A DNA stretch of 64,000 nucleotides from Candidatus Poribacteria bacterium (GTDB taxonomy: Bacteria > Poribacteria > WGA-4E > WGA-3G), in NCBI GenBank assembly GCA_965242965.1, contig OZ251518.1:3904001-3968000 (forward strand), written 5' to 3'. This document shows positions 20,649 to 31,050 of the stretch, piece after piece (the stretch's first letter is position 1; every line of letters starts with the position of its first letter). The notes below the pieces were generated by a model, which made no database searches, had not been told where the DNA came from, and saw only the letters and a program-made list of their open reading frames with translations. A program made the translations under genes and the position numbers.

Positions 20649-21929
20649 ATGGAACAATTGATTGTCAACGGTCCCACTCGGCTTGAAGGAACTATCCCGG
20701 TCAGTGGTTGCAAAAACGCGGTGCTCCCCATCGCTGTTGCGGCGGCGATTTTGGGAGACGGTGTCAGCGTGCTTCATAACGTGCCAAATTTGACAGACGT
20801 TGCAACGCTCCGCGCTGTGTTGGAGGGCCTCGGTGCTTCAACGAAATTGAAAGGTTCAACCCTCTATATCCAGCCGGTAAATCATCTGGAATATGAGGCA
20901 CCTTATGAATTGGTGCGGAAGATGCGCGCCTCTATCTACGTCCTAGGGCCCCTCGTCGCGAAACTGGGACGCGCCAAAGTCTCGTTCCCCGGCGGCTGCG
21001 CGATCGGTCCGCGGCCGATCGATTTGCATATCCGCGGGCTAGAACACCTCGGCGCGCAGGTGCAGGTGCAACAAGGTTACATTTACGCGCAGGCACCGCG
21101 GTTAATCGGCACGGAGATGTATCTCACCGGGCAATACGGCCCGAGCGTCGGCGCGACAGCGAACGTGATGATGGCGGCAACGTTGGCGGAGGGGACAACC
21201 GTTATCCGCGGCGCGGCGCGCGAACCGCACATCAGCGATTTGGCGCGGTTTCTCAATGCGATGGGCGCGAACATTGAGGGCATCGGCACACCCGCGCTGA
21301 CAATTCACGGCGTGAAACATCTCCGCGGGACTGAACACACCGTCATCAGCGATGACATTGAAGCCGGCACTTTCATGGCAGCCGCCGCTATCACGAAAGG
21401 CGATGTCTATGTCAAGGGGATTACGCAGGCACAACTGCCCGCCGTTTCAGAGAAACTCACCGAGGCAGGCGTGGCATTGGATTGGGACGACAACGGCGTG
21501 CGCGTCACAACGCCGAGGCCTCTCAACGGCATCGACTTGACGACAAGCCCGTTCCCCGAATTCCCAACGGATATGCAGGCGCAGATAATGGGACTGCTCT
21601 GTCTCGCATCGGGCACTAGCACCATCACCGAGAAGGTTCACACGGACAGGTTTATCCACGCGGCGGAACTGAATCGGATGGGTGCGAACATCACGTTGGA
21701 TGGCCGCCGGGCGGTGATTCACGGCGTGGGACATCTCACCGGTGCCCCAGTGATGGCTTCCGATTTGCGCGCCGGTGCAGTGCTAGTCGCAGCCGGCATG
21801 GCGGCGATGGGCGAAACTGTGGTGTCGCGGGTGTATCACATCGACCGGGGTTATGAATCGCTGGAGAAAAAGTTGAATCGTATCGGCGCGAATATCCTCA
21901 GAGTCAACGACTCTTGGGGAGAAATGTAA
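20649..21929 (+). CDS. murA: UDP-N-acetylglucosamine 1-carboxyvinyltransferase
   Basis: KNAVLP, MRASIYVLGPL, PGGCAIGPRPIDLH, FPTDMQAQ, DLRAGA, HIDRGYE. Confidence 0.97.
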   Translation: MEQLIVNGPTRLEGTIPVSGCKNAVLPIAVAAAILGDGVSVLHNVPNLTDVATLRAVLEGLGASTKLKGSTLYIQPVNHLEYEAPYELVRKMRASIYVLGPLVAKLGRAKVSFPGGCAIGPRPIDLHIRGLEHLGAQVQVQQGYIYAQAPRLIGTEMYLTGQYGPSVGATANVMMAATLAEGTTVIRGAAREPHISDLARFLNAMGANIEGIGTPALTIHGVKHLRGTEHTVISDDIEAGTFMAAAAITKGDVYVKGITQAQLPAVSEKLTEAGVALDWDDNGVRVTTPRPLNGIDLTTSPFPEFPTDMQAQIMGLLCLASGTSTITEKVHTDRFIHAAELNRMGANITLDGRRAVIHGVGHLTGAPVMASDLRAGAVLVAAGMAAMGETVVSRVYHIDRGYESLEKKLNRIGANILRVNDSWGEM

Positions 21930-22014
21930 GCGACGTTGGAAAACGCGAGGGACAGGAAAAGCGGCGAGGGACAGGTTTCCCATTTCCCTTGCCCTACGGT
22001 ATCCGGAGAGAGCC

Positions 22015-23313
22015 ATGTTGCGAATTATTGAAACGCAGACCCCGGCGGCAGACGCTTTCGTCACAACTTTGAAGGCGCGGGGCAAACTAACAGACGAGGG
22101 TATCTTAAAAACGGTGCGGCGCACACTGCGAGAAGTGCAAAGTGAAGGCGATAAAGCCGTCGCACGGTATACCCGTAAACTTGACGCACCGCGCTTCGCG
22201 GCGAAGGAACTCCCGGTCACGCGTGAAGAATTCGGACAAGCGTATTTAGAGGTTACCTCTGACTTTATTGCGGCTATCACGCACGCGCGGACGAACATCG
22301 AAAAGTTCCACCGAAAGCAGCTGCGCACCTCGTGGATGTCCACGGAGGCAGACGGCGTGCTACTCGGACACCTCATCCGGCCGTTAAAACGGGTGGGTAT
22401 CTGTGTCCCATCGGTAAGTCAATTGTTGGTTTCTTCGCTGCTGATGAACGTTGTGCCGGCTACTGTCGCGGGTGTTGAGGAAATCGCGGTTTGTATGGGC
22501 CCGCAACGGAATCGGAAGATTAACCCGCACATGTTGGTGACAGCGGCGGAGTGCGGGGTGCAGGAAGTCTATAAATGCGGCGGCGCGCAGGCAGTCGCCG
22601 CTATGGCTTATGGCACCGAAAGCGTGGCATCTGTTGACAAAATCGTCGGGCCCGGCAATCTTTACGTTCAACTCGCCAAAAAAGAGGTTTATGGGCACGT
22701 CGATATCGATAAACTCGCCGGCCCCAGCGAAATTCTGGTAATCGCCGATAGCACGGCGGACCCGGATTATGTCGCCGCTGATCTGATTTCGCAAGCAGAG
22801 CACAAATCCGATAGCTCGGCTATCCTCGTCACACCCTCACTCGGATTTGCGGAGCAAGTGAAGGCGGCGATAGAAATTCAAGCACCGTCACTGCCGCGTC
22901 ACGGGGAGATTGCGCAGGCGTTTGAAAACTACGGGGCGGCGTTTATTGTAGCGGATTTAGCGGAGGCGATGGCACTCACGAACGTCATTGCGCCGGAACA
23001 CGTCGAATTGCACGTGGAAAATCCGCTGGAGTGGTTCAGTGAGATTCGGAACGCGGGGGCGATTCTCCTCGGTCCGTATACACCGGAATCGGTGGGGGAT
23101 TACATCGCCGGTCCGAGTCATATTCTGCCGACAGGGACAGCGGCGCGCTATGCCTCGCCGCTCAGCGTAGACGATTTCGTCAAGAAGACGAGTCTCATCT
23201 CCTACACGAAGCCCGCGTTAGCAAAGGTGCTACCGGATGTCGTGAAACTTGCGGAAGTGGAGGGGTTGGAAGGACACGCCGCCGCAATGCAAATTCGGTT
23301 TGAAGAGGATTAG
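22015..23313 (+). CDS. hisD: histidinol dehydrogenase
   Basis: GGAQAVAAMAYG, KIVGPGN, AGPSE, QAEH, APEH, GDYIAGPSHILPT. Confidence 0.96.
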   Translation: MLRIIETQTPAADAFVTTLKARGKLTDEGILKTVRRTLREVQSEGDKAVARYTRKLDAPRFAAKELPVTREEFGQAYLEVTSDFIAAITHARTNIEKFHRKQLRTSWMSTEADGVLLGHLIRPLKRVGICVPSVSQLLVSSLLMNVVPATVAGVEEIAVCMGPQRNRKINPHMLVTAAECGVQEVYKCGGAQAVAAMAYGTESVASVDKIVGPGNLYVQLAKKEVYGHVDIDKLAGPSEILVIADSTADPDYVAADLISQAEHKSDSSAILVTPSLGFAEQVKAAIEIQAPSLPRHGEIAQAFENYGAAFIVADLAEAMALTNVIAPEHVELHVENPLEWFSEIRNAGAILLGPYTPESVGDYIAGPSHILPTGTAARYASPLSVDDFVKKTSLISYTKPALAKVLPDVVKLAEVEGLEGHAAAMQIRFEED

Positions 23314-23765
23314 TCAAGGACAAAGGGTTCGCGTTTAAAACGTGCGCGGATAGCATTGGCAGCGGCTAATACCGCCGGCAGACGAATGAGCCGACGTTCT
23401 AACCGCCGTTTGCCGGGGATATCGCTGATGACAAGCCCCATGAGAATCGTCAAAACGCCTTGTCCCGGCAGCACCAATTGCGCGATGCCGACAATAATCA
23501 GCAGCACGGCGAATAGGTTTTTCAGGACAGCCAGCCCGACGCGTAAAATAGGGTGCTTGATGCGGCTCACCGGTTTTGTGGCAGTGAAATAGTCGCGCGG
23601 GAGGTAAGCGATGACGATTGCGCAGCCAACGAGTGTCCCCACCAAACTGATAGCGGAGAGGATACTGACGATAACCCAATGTGCTTTTACGAAGGCAAAG
23701 AGGGGCACGCTTTGCACTTTGAGCCACTCCCAGGCAAGCGTGCCGTAATTTTTGAGTGTATCCAT
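23310..23765 (-). CDS. PGPGW-type membrane protein
   Basis: TM segments, LVLPGQGVLTILMGL. Confidence 0.7.
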   Translation of the reverse strand: MDTLKNYGTLAWEWLKVQSVPLFAFVKAHWVIVSILSAISLVGTLVGCAIVIAYLPRDYFTATKPVSRIKHPILRVGLAVLKNLFAVLLIIVGIAQLVLPGQGVLTILMGLVISDIPGKRRLERRLIRLPAVLAAANAIRARFKREPFVLD

Positions 23766-23786
23766 GAACGCCAATAGGTTGTCTCC

Positions 23787-24560
23787 TTATCTCCGCGCCA
23801 CCGCGCCGCCGTCAATTGTCATAATGTCCCCACTGATATAAGCCGCTTCATCGGAGGCGAGGAACAATACCGCGCCGATATAGTCCCAGACCGTGGCACG
23901 GCGTTCAAGCGGCGGTGCATCCGGTGAAACTAGCGGCAATTCGGGCAAAGCATCGTCGTCAGGGAGATTGTGAGCCGCGTTCATCCCTGTCGGCGCGCCG
24001 CCCCCCGGTGCAACCGCATTGACGGTGATGCCATGCGGACGGAGCTCCAACGCAAGGCTGCGAGTTAACCGGTTCACGGCGGCTTTGCTGACGCAATAAC
24101 TGAGCACGCCGACATGCGATTCCTCGGCAAAAATAGAGGAATTGTTAATGATTCTGCCGCGGATGCCCTGCGCTATCATCACTTTCGCCACCGCCTGCGC
24201 GCACAGCAGGCAGCCTTTGACATTCACCGCCATCACCTTGTCAAACTGTTCCGGCGTGAGTTCAAGCAACGGTTGGCGGCCGAGAATGCCCGCGTTGTTG
24301 AATAGAATGTCCACCCGATTAAAATGCGTTAATGTTGTATCAACGGCTTCTTGAACTTGTTCTGGCACGGTGACATCCAACGGCACGGCGATGGCTTTGC
24401 CGCCGTTGGCGTTCACCTCTGTTGCGACAGCATCGGCACTTCTTCCTCCGGCGACAACTACCGCTGCGCCTTCTCGTGCAAATGCGAGGCAGGCTGCCCT
24501 ACCAATGCCGAGCGGGCCGCCGCCCCCTGTTATGAAAGCTACCTTGTTTTTAAAACGCAT
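23787..24560 (-). CDS. SDR family oxidoreductase
   Basis: TGGGG..GIG, NNAG, YCVSK. Confidence 0.92.
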   Translation of the reverse strand: MRFKNKVAFITGGGGPLGIGRAACLAFAREGAAVVVAGGRSADAVATEVNANGGKAIAVPLDVTVPEQVQEAVDTTLTHFNRVDILFNNAGILGRQPLLELTPEQFDKVMAVNVKGCLLCAQAVAKVMIAQGIRGRIINNSSIFAEESHVGVLSYCVSKAAVNRLTRSLALELRPHGITVNAVAPGGGAPTGMNAAHNLPDDDALPELPLVSPDAPPLERRATVWDYIGAVLFLASDEAAYISGDIMTIDGGAVARR

Positions 24561-24587
24561 AGTGATGCTCCTTTCTGATCGAGACAA

Positions 24588-24823
24588 CGCGAGGGACAGG
24601 CCCTCGCGCTACGGTGAAAAAAACGCAGAGTGACATTCCTTTCCGGTCGAGAGACCGCGAGGGACAGGCCCTCGCGCTACGAAAAAACGCAGAGTGAGAG
24701 ACCGCGAGGGACAGGCCCTCGCCCTACGGTTTTAAAACACATAGCGATGCGCCTTTTCCCCGTAGGAGAGACCTCCCGGTCTCGATGCAATACCCGGTAG
24801 GAGAGCCCTTCCGGGCTCCTACC
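24588..24823. repeat. REP cluster
   Basis: GCGAGGGACAGGCCCTCGC(G/C)CTAC x3, GTAGGAGAG x2. Confidence 0.85.
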
Positions 24824-24840
24824 AAGGCATCTGGGTCCTT

Positions 24841-25428
24841 TTATGATGGAGACAATTGATACCGCAAAAGTTCTATCAAGTCGTTCATCTCGGCTACCAA
24901 TCGTGCCAAAGGCTCTGGATTTAACTCTATCCACGGTTCACCGGGGTCGAACGCTTCAAAGGCATATCGTCTCATAAACAGTTGAATGTCATCAAAGGTT
25001 GCCATCAATTCGCCGAAACTTCTGTCAGCATCTCGCGAGAACCTTGGGGTTGGAGTTTTATGCTCCAGGCTCGGGGTCTGCCTGACATCATAGAAGTCTG
25101 GTATGAGTCGGTTTTGGACGAACCTCTCAAATGCTGATGTCAACTGAGATTGGATATCCGCATCCAAATCATTATAGAGCGTGACGAGTTGGTGTGTTTT
25201 CCGATAGCCATCCATGCGAAGATAGGATATCGCTTTGAGTTTCAGTTCAAAGGACAATCCGAGATTCGTCATCCAGACAGTGGAATAACTGTAGTTTGAA
25301 TCGCCGGACTGCCCACTAGTCCTTGATTTTCTAGCGATATCTTTCGCCACTTGGAAAAAAGCGTCAGCGTCATCCACCAGTTTATCTAGCTGCTTGTCGG
25401 TGAGTTGAGGACGCATCCAGGGTTCCAT
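24841..25428 (-). CDS. HEPN-like domain protein
   Basis: GLSFELKLKA...THQLVTLYNDL...RYAFE pattern. Confidence 0.6.
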   Translation of the reverse strand: MEPWMRPQLTDKQLDKLVDDADAFFQVAKDIARKSRTSGQSGDSNYSYSTVWMTNLGLSFELKLKAISYLRMDGYRKTHQLVTLYNDLDADIQSQLTSAFERFVQNRLIPDFYDVRQTPSLEHKTPTPRFSRDADRSFGELMATFDDIQLFMRRYAFEAFDPGEPWIELNPEPLARLVAEMNDLIELLRYQLSPS

Positions 25429-25445
25429 AACTGCTGTCTCTCCGC

Positions 25446-25955
25446 TTAGAGTGTAGATGCACGGAATTGCAACAACGAAGCCTTGTTAACGATGTCCACA
25501 ACCTGCACCATTAACGCCTTGCCGTTTGAATCGACGAGGTGCAACTTCTCCTCGAAATCGAAAGGGACAGGTTGTGTGTCAGCATCATTGATGGCGATGT
25601 TGTCAGCGTAGAGATACGTCCGTTTCCCGCTATCAAGAATCGGGCATAATCGTCCCTCAAAGTCGGGCAGGTAGCCGGAACTGAGTGGGAAGATACGTGA
25701 GCCGCCATCGGATAATTCTTGCATCTCAATCTTCAGGACGCTCTCCGCCGGCACCCAGTCTTTTTTAACATGTGCCGCGAAGCCGCGGCATGCCGCGAAG
25801 ACAGTCATCGGTAACTTGGTGGTGTATAACTTGGGACAGGCTTGTCCCCTTTCGTCGCTGAAAACTTGCTTCCAAGTTGTATTTGGAAACAACACCAGCA
25901 AATCCACGTCTCTTACTGGTTTGCCGTTGCTTTCAACAAGGATTTTTGGTTCCAT
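25446..25955 (-). CDS. hypothetical beta-rich protein
   Basis: 169-aa ORF with SD AAGGAG upstream; co-oriented with the HEPN-like gene. Confidence 0.65.
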   Translation of the reverse strand: MEPKILVESNGKPVRDVDLLVLFPNTTWKQVFSDERGQACPKLYTTKLPMTVFAACRGFAAHVKKDWVPAESVLKIEMQELSDGGSRIFPLSSGYLPDFEGRLCPILDSGKRTYLYADNIAINDADTQPVPFDFEEKLHLVDSNGKALMVQVVDIVNKASLLQFRASTL

Positions 25956-25980
25956 GTGTTGGAAATCTCCTTTTTCTTAA

Positions 25981-26116
25981 ATTATATCACTACTCTACCG
26001 AAATGTCAAATTTCTTTTTTTTTTTGGGACGATTCAGTTGGCCGAAAAACAGGAAAACGGAATTGTTCTGTCAGATCGAATACATCCTTGACAAAACCTC
26101 CAAAATGTGGTATACT
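25981..26116. promoter_or_regulatory. divergent sigma70 promoters
   Basis: minus strand TTGACA(26009)-17-TATAAT(25981); plus strand TTGACA(26088)-17-TATACT(26116). Confidence 0.75.
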
Positions 26117-26186
26117 TATTAAGACTGATACAAATGCAATCATTTGTTTGTGCGGCGCAAGTCTTGTTAAAACCGACACTCAAACC

Positions 26187-26678
26187 ATGAAACATTTCAC
26201 CATTTTTCTACTGCTAGCCTTCTGCCTAGGCAATGCAGTCGCCTTCGCGGAACTCACCGTGGAGGAGTATGAACAGATTCGGACGATTGTTACCACCGCC
26301 AACGAGGCATTGTGGGAGCGGATGAAGGAATACGTTGACTCCAAAATCGAAGTTCTCCGGAAGGAAATTGAAGTTCTCCGGACCGAAATCCGCGAGATGG
26401 ATAAGCGGCAGACTGCCCAGAACAGCGCGCAAACCGAACGTCTCACCGATCACCGGAACTTGCTCATCGTGCTCATCACCAGCGTCATTGGGGCCATGAC
26501 GGTGTTGGTAAGCATCACGCTCTTCTTCACGAAAAAACTGTTGGAAAGCCTTGATACACACCGCACCGAGCTCGCGGCGAAAACCGACGAAGTCCGCGTC
26601 CTTCGTGAAGAGAACGCCGCATTACGCGCTGAAAACGAACGCCTCAAACCCCAAATCGTCCTCGGCGATAAAGGCTAA
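26187..26678 (+). CDS. hypothetical protein (signal peptide, coiled coil, TM helix)
   Basis: MKHFTIFLLLAFCLGNAVAFA; IEVLR repeat; one TM segment. Confidence 0.75.
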   Translation: MKHFTIFLLLAFCLGNAVAFAELTVEEYEQIRTIVTTANEALWERMKEYVDSKIEVLRKEIEVLRTEIREMDKRQTAQNSAQTERLTDHRNLLIVLITSVIGAMTVLVSITLFFTKKLLESLDTHRTELAAKTDEVRVLREENAALRAENERLKPQIVLGDKG

Positions 26679-26882
26679 TCCGCGCCCAAGGCAAGACCTC
26701 GTTCTTCAGGTTGCGTGTGAACGGGAAGGAAGGCGAGAGTTACCGTGCTCTCGCCTTCTGCGCTTCGTGAGGCTTAGGCAGTGCCTTGCAACAGACATGG
26801 TTTTGGAATCTCTAAAAAAACCTTGCATTAAAACGCAATTGATTGTATCATAACTCTATCCCGTATCAAGGAGAGGAATGCA

Positions 26883-28388
26883 ATGAGTCTTTTGGGTATT
26901 GATGTCGGCACAACTGGATGCAAAGTGATTGCGTTTCGTGAGGATGGCGAAATTCTCGCGCAAGCTTATGGCGAATATCCACTGATACACCCGCAACCCG
27001 GCAGATCGGAATTGGACGCGAATGTCGTCTGGGACAACATCGCCACCTGTATTCGGCAGGTAGCGGCGCAAACACACGCCGAACCGATTGAGGCGATTAG
27101 CGTCGCATCGCAAGGCGAAGCGGTAACGCCTATCTCGGCGAACGGCGAGATTCTGGCGAATGCTGTCACGACGTTTGACGATAGGACCGCGGGCATTTGC
27201 GATGAGCTCAAGGGGGAGACCACGCCGTTGGAAGTAATGCGCATCACCGGCATGCCGATGAGCGACATTCACACTCTGCCGAAACTTATCTGGATGCAAC
27301 GGCATCAGCCGGATATCTACCGACAGGTGTGGAAATTCCTTGGGTTTGAAGATTTCGTCTATTTCCAACTCGGCATTCCGCCGGTGGTGGATTATTCGCT
27401 CGCCGCGCGCACGATGGCGTTTGATATTATTGACAAAACCTGGTCGGAAAAAATGCTCGGTTTGGGGGATGTGGATGCAAACCTCTTGCCGGATACCGCG
27501 CCTTCAGGGACTATCATCGGTGAGGTGAGTCCGAAAGTCGCCGATGAATTGGGGTTGCCGCGGGGTGTCGTCGGAGTCACAGGAGGGCATGACCAGCCCT
27601 GCGGCGCACTAGGTGCTGGCATTATTCGCAGTGGCGAAGTGATGGATGCAACCGGCACGGTGGAGTGCATCGCGCCGGCGTTTACTGAACCGATTATCAA
27701 TCAGCGGATGATCGATGGAAATTTCGCGTGCTATCCGCATGTCGTCAATGGGCTTTATGTTACGCTTGGGTTTGTCTCCAGCGGTGGGGTTGTGTTGCGC
27801 TGGTATCGCGATACCTTCGCGCAAGCAGAAGTGGCGCAAGCGGATGCGGAAGGCCGCGATGTCTACGACATGCTCCTCGCCGAGATGCCGGATGCACCTG
27901 CCACGGCGATGTTGCTGCCGCACTTTACTGGTTCCGGGACACCTTCCTTGGATTTGGAGTCAAAAGGCGCGATTGTCGGGTTAACGCTCTCCACAACGCG
28001 AGGCGAACTCGTCAAGGCGATTCTGGAAGGCATCAGTTATGAGATAAAACAAAATCTCTCTATGCTGCAGGATGCGGGTGTTGTAATTAACGAGGTGCGC
28101 GCTATCGGCGGCGGCGCGAAATCTGAAAAGTGGTTGCAACTCAAGGCGGACATGTTCGGCAAAAAAGTAGTCGCACTGGACATATCCGAAGGTGTATGCC
28201 TCGGCACGGCGATTTTAGCCGGCACCGCTATTGGTAAATACGATTCGGTCGAGGCGGCGGTTGAACAACTGGTTACGCCGCGCGCAGTCTATTATCCGCG
28301 CGAGGATGTCGCCGCATATTACGATGAAAAACTGGCTGCTTACGCGCAGATTTATCAGGCGTTGCGCGCGTTGAATTATCAATTGTAA
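26883..28388 (+). CDS. FGGY family carbohydrate kinase (xylulokinase-like)
   Basis: GIDVGTTGCK, GGHDQPCGALGAG, GGGAKS. Confidence 0.92.
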   Translation: MSLLGIDVGTTGCKVIAFREDGEILAQAYGEYPLIHPQPGRSELDANVVWDNIATCIRQVAAQTHAEPIEAISVASQGEAVTPISANGEILANAVTTFDDRTAGICDELKGETTPLEVMRITGMPMSDIHTLPKLIWMQRHQPDIYRQVWKFLGFEDFVYFQLGIPPVVDYSLAARTMAFDIIDKTWSEKMLGLGDVDANLLPDTAPSGTIIGEVSPKVADELGLPRGVVGVTGGHDQPCGALGAGIIRSGEVMDATGTVECIAPAFTEPIINQRMIDGNFACYPHVVNGLYVTLGFVSSGGVVLRWYRDTFAQAEVAQADAEGRDVYDMLLAEMPDAPATAMLLPHFTGSGTPSLDLESKGAIVGLTLSTTRGELVKAILEGISYEIKQNLSMLQDAGVVINEVRAIGGGAKSEKWLQLKADMFGKKVVALDISEGVCLGTAILAGTAIGKYDSVEAAVEQLVTPRAVYYPREDVAAYYDEKLAAYAQIYQALRALNYQL

Positions 28389-28446
28389 CCTGTTCGTCAC
28401 CGTAGCACGGGGGCCTGTCCCCGCGCACCACAACATCGCGATTCTT

Positions 28447-29400
28447 ATGAACAAACACGTTGTAGGCATTGACATCGGCGGGACGAAACTTGCGACTGTC
28501 GTTGCCGATGAAAAGGCGAACATCCTCCATAAAGTGCGCAGGCCGACGCTCGCAGAAAAGGGACCGGATTATGCCATCCAACTCCTTTTTGATATGGTTG
28601 ATGAAACCGTCGCCGCGGCGGGTTTGACACGTGATGCGATTTCTGCGATAGGCGTAAGTTGCGGCGGACCGCTGGATACAAAGACCGGGGTTGTCTATTC
28701 ACCACCGAATTTGCCGGGGTGGGACGCGCTGCCGCTCAAGGCGCGCCTAGAATCAGAATTCCAGATTCCGACGATAGTCGAAAACGATGCGAACGCTAGC
28801 GCGCTTGCGGAATGGCGGTTCGGCGGTGGACGCGGCCACGAAATTGTCCTCTATATGACGATGAGCACCGGCATCGGCGGCGGGCTGGTTGTCAACGGAC
28901 AAATTTATCACGGTGCAAACGATAGCGCGGGTGAAGTCGGACATCAGATTCTTTTGCCGGACGGACCGCGGTGTGGATGCGGGCAACGCGGATGTCTGGA
29001 GGCGTTATGTTCCGGCCCCGCGATTGCGAGACGCGCGCAAAAAGCCGTTCAGAAAGAACCGACGACAACTATCCTGAAATTAGTTGACGGAGACGTTGAC
29101 GCTGTCAAATCGGAACATGTGCTTGCGGCGGCGCGCGATGGCGACGCGTTGGCACTGCAACTGATACAGGAAACCGCCTATTACATGGGCTGGGGAATTG
29201 CAAATCTTGTCAACATTTTGAACCCCGACATCGTCTTAATTGGGACAATTGCGATGGCTGCCGGGGAGTTGTTACTTCAGCCGATTCGGGAGACAGTGGC
29301 GAAAATGGCGATGGCGCGTCCGGTGGAGGCGGTGCAAATCATGCCGGCGCAACTCGGGGAGAATCTGGGAGATATGGCGGCGATTGCGTTGGTGATATAA
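28447..29400 (+). CDS. ROK family sugar kinase
   Basis: GIDIGGTK, ENDANA, STGIGGG, GEVGH, CGCGQRGCLE. Confidence 0.93.
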   Translation: MNKHVVGIDIGGTKLATVVADEKANILHKVRRPTLAEKGPDYAIQLLFDMVDETVAAAGLTRDAISAIGVSCGGPLDTKTGVVYSPPNLPGWDALPLKARLESEFQIPTIVENDANASALAEWRFGGGRGHEIVLYMTMSTGIGGGLVVNGQIYHGANDSAGEVGHQILLPDGPRCGCGQRGCLEALCSGPAIARRAQKAVQKEPTTTILKLVDGDVDAVKSEHVLAAARDGDALALQLIQETAYYMGWGIANLVNILNPDIVLIGTIAMAAGELLLQPIRETVAKMAMARPVEAVQIMPAQLGENLGDMAAIALVI

Positions 29401-29486
29401 CCGCGCCTACGGGACTACGGAAAACGGCAAGATGGCGAGGGACATGCCCACGCCCCACGGGATAGAGGACGGGAAAGAGGAACTTC

Positions 29487-30053
29487 ATGGACAGAATTCA
29501 GGACTACATTTCACATTTGCAGGGTGTTTTGACACGTCTGAACTTGGCGGACGTGCAAAGTTCGATAGACGCAGTTATGGATGCCTATCGTGCCGAGAAG
29601 CAGATTTTTGTCATCGGTAACGGCGGGAGCGCGTCTACGGCATCGCACCTCGCCTGCGATCTAGGCAAAGGCACGAGTGTTGCAGGGAAACCGCGATTCC
29701 GCGTCATCAGCCTCACTGACAACGTCGCGACGATGACGGCGTGGGCTAACGATGTGGCTTATGAAGATATCTTCGTGGAGCAGCTCAAGAACCTCGTGAA
29801 CCCCGGTGACTTGGTTATCGGTATCAGTGCGAGCGGCAATTCGGAGAACGTCCTCCGTGCGATGCGGCACGCGGTGGATATCGGGTGTGAAACGGTGGGG
29901 TGGTGCGGCTTCGGCGGCGGGGAGTTGGCGGAACTCTGTGACATCAGCGTTGTAGTAGACAGTGACAGGTATGGGCCCGTGGAAGATGTGCATTTGGTGT
30001 TGAACCATGTGTTGCATGCGTGGATTACGGAGGAGTTTTCCTTAGGTGAATAA
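29487..30053 (+). CDS. SIS-domain phosphosugar isomerase (GmhA-like)
   Basis: GNGGSAS, TAWAND, ISASGNS, EDVH. Confidence 0.88.
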   Translation: MDRIQDYISHLQGVLTRLNLADVQSSIDAVMDAYRAEKQIFVIGNGGSASTASHLACDLGKGTSVAGKPRFRVISLTDNVATMTAWANDVAYEDIFVEQLKNLVNPGDLVIGISASGNSENVLRAMRHAVDIGCETVGWCGFGGGELAELCDISVVVDSDRYGPVEDVHLVLNHVLHAWITEEFSLGE

Positions 30054-30092
30054 CAGCCTGAAATGCCGACAGGCGGTAGGAGGTTCCCTTGC

Positions 30093-30698
30093 ATGGCCTA
30101 TAGCAATTTTACTTTGGATTCAGTGCAAGAAACGTTTCACCTAGAACAGGTGAACGCGCCCGGCATTTTCGCCGGTATTGAACCGGTGGAACCGAGCGCA
30201 CATCTCAAAGCAACATTGGAACGCAACGTTCCGTTCGCCTATGCTATCGGCACCGAGAAAGCACGCTCCGAACTCATCATCGCCGATGTTCTCGTTGAAC
30301 TCTGCATCCACACGGCATATCGCATCAGTCTCTTTTCAGGGATTGACTTCAACGTTGATACTCAGGCGGAATTAACTGGTGTTTGCGATTTTGTGATGAG
30401 TCTGTCGCCGGGGCAATTCGCTTTGGAGGCACCTGTCATTATCCTCGTGGCAGCGAAAAATGCGGACGTGAAACTCGGGCTCGGGCAGTGCGCGGCTGAG
30501 ATGGTGGCCGCGCAACGTTTTAATGCGCAGCGGGGAAATGATATTCCTTGCATCTATGGGGCTATCACATCGGGCATCGATTGGCTGTTTCTGAAGTTGG
30601 AGGGACAGAAACTCCAGATAGATATGGCGGCTTACACAATCGAGCGGTGTGACAAGATTCTGGGTATCCTTGCAAGCATGGCAGCGCAGAAGGCGTAA
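30093..30698 (+). CDS. hypothetical PD-(D/E)XK-like protein (MAYSNFTL family)
   Basis: EKARSELII, GVCDF, VAAK, GLGQCAAEMVAAQRFN. Confidence 0.7.
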   Translation: MAYSNFTLDSVQETFHLEQVNAPGIFAGIEPVEPSAHLKATLERNVPFAYAIGTEKARSELIIADVLVELCIHTAYRISLFSGIDFNVDTQAELTGVCDFVMSLSPGQFALEAPVIILVAAKNADVKLGLGQCAAEMVAAQRFNAQRGNDIPCIYGAITSGIDWLFLKLEGQKLQIDMAAYTIERCDKILGILASMAAQKA

Positions 30699-30767
30699 CG
30701 GTTAAACTGGTTAAACTGAGGGCGTTTCATAAATCGCCCAACGTCGCGGTGACAGGCCCACGCGCCG

Positions 30768-30977
30768 GGTAGGAGAGACCTCCTGGTCTCGATGAGGTAA
30801 GGCGTGCCCGCCTGACATGCTTGTGCTCAGACGTTTGCAAACAACAGTGGGCATCTCAATGTCTTCCCGATACGCATCACATTGAGACGAGGAGGGCGCG
30901 CTGACAGGAAAAATCGAGACCGGGAGGTCTCTCCTACGGGGACATCACTTGCATCGAGACCAGGAGGTCTCTCCTAC
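30768..30977. repeat. REPIN-like inverted REP pair around a structured ~120-bp spacer
   Basis: GTAGGAGAGACCTCCTGGTCTCGAT ... ATCGAGACCGGGAGGTCTCTCCTAC x2. Confidence 0.75.
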
Positions 30978-31050
30978 CAAAAGGGCACAGGAGTCACCGG
31001 CTCCCCCAAGAACGCAAACTTTTACCGAAAAACTGGCGGAACTAGAACCA

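Noticed and set aside
26704-26735. SRP RNA (TCAGG...GGAAGGAAG)
   Set aside because: Spacing and the following bases do not fit the helix-8 motif TCAGG-N3-GGAAGGAAGCAGC
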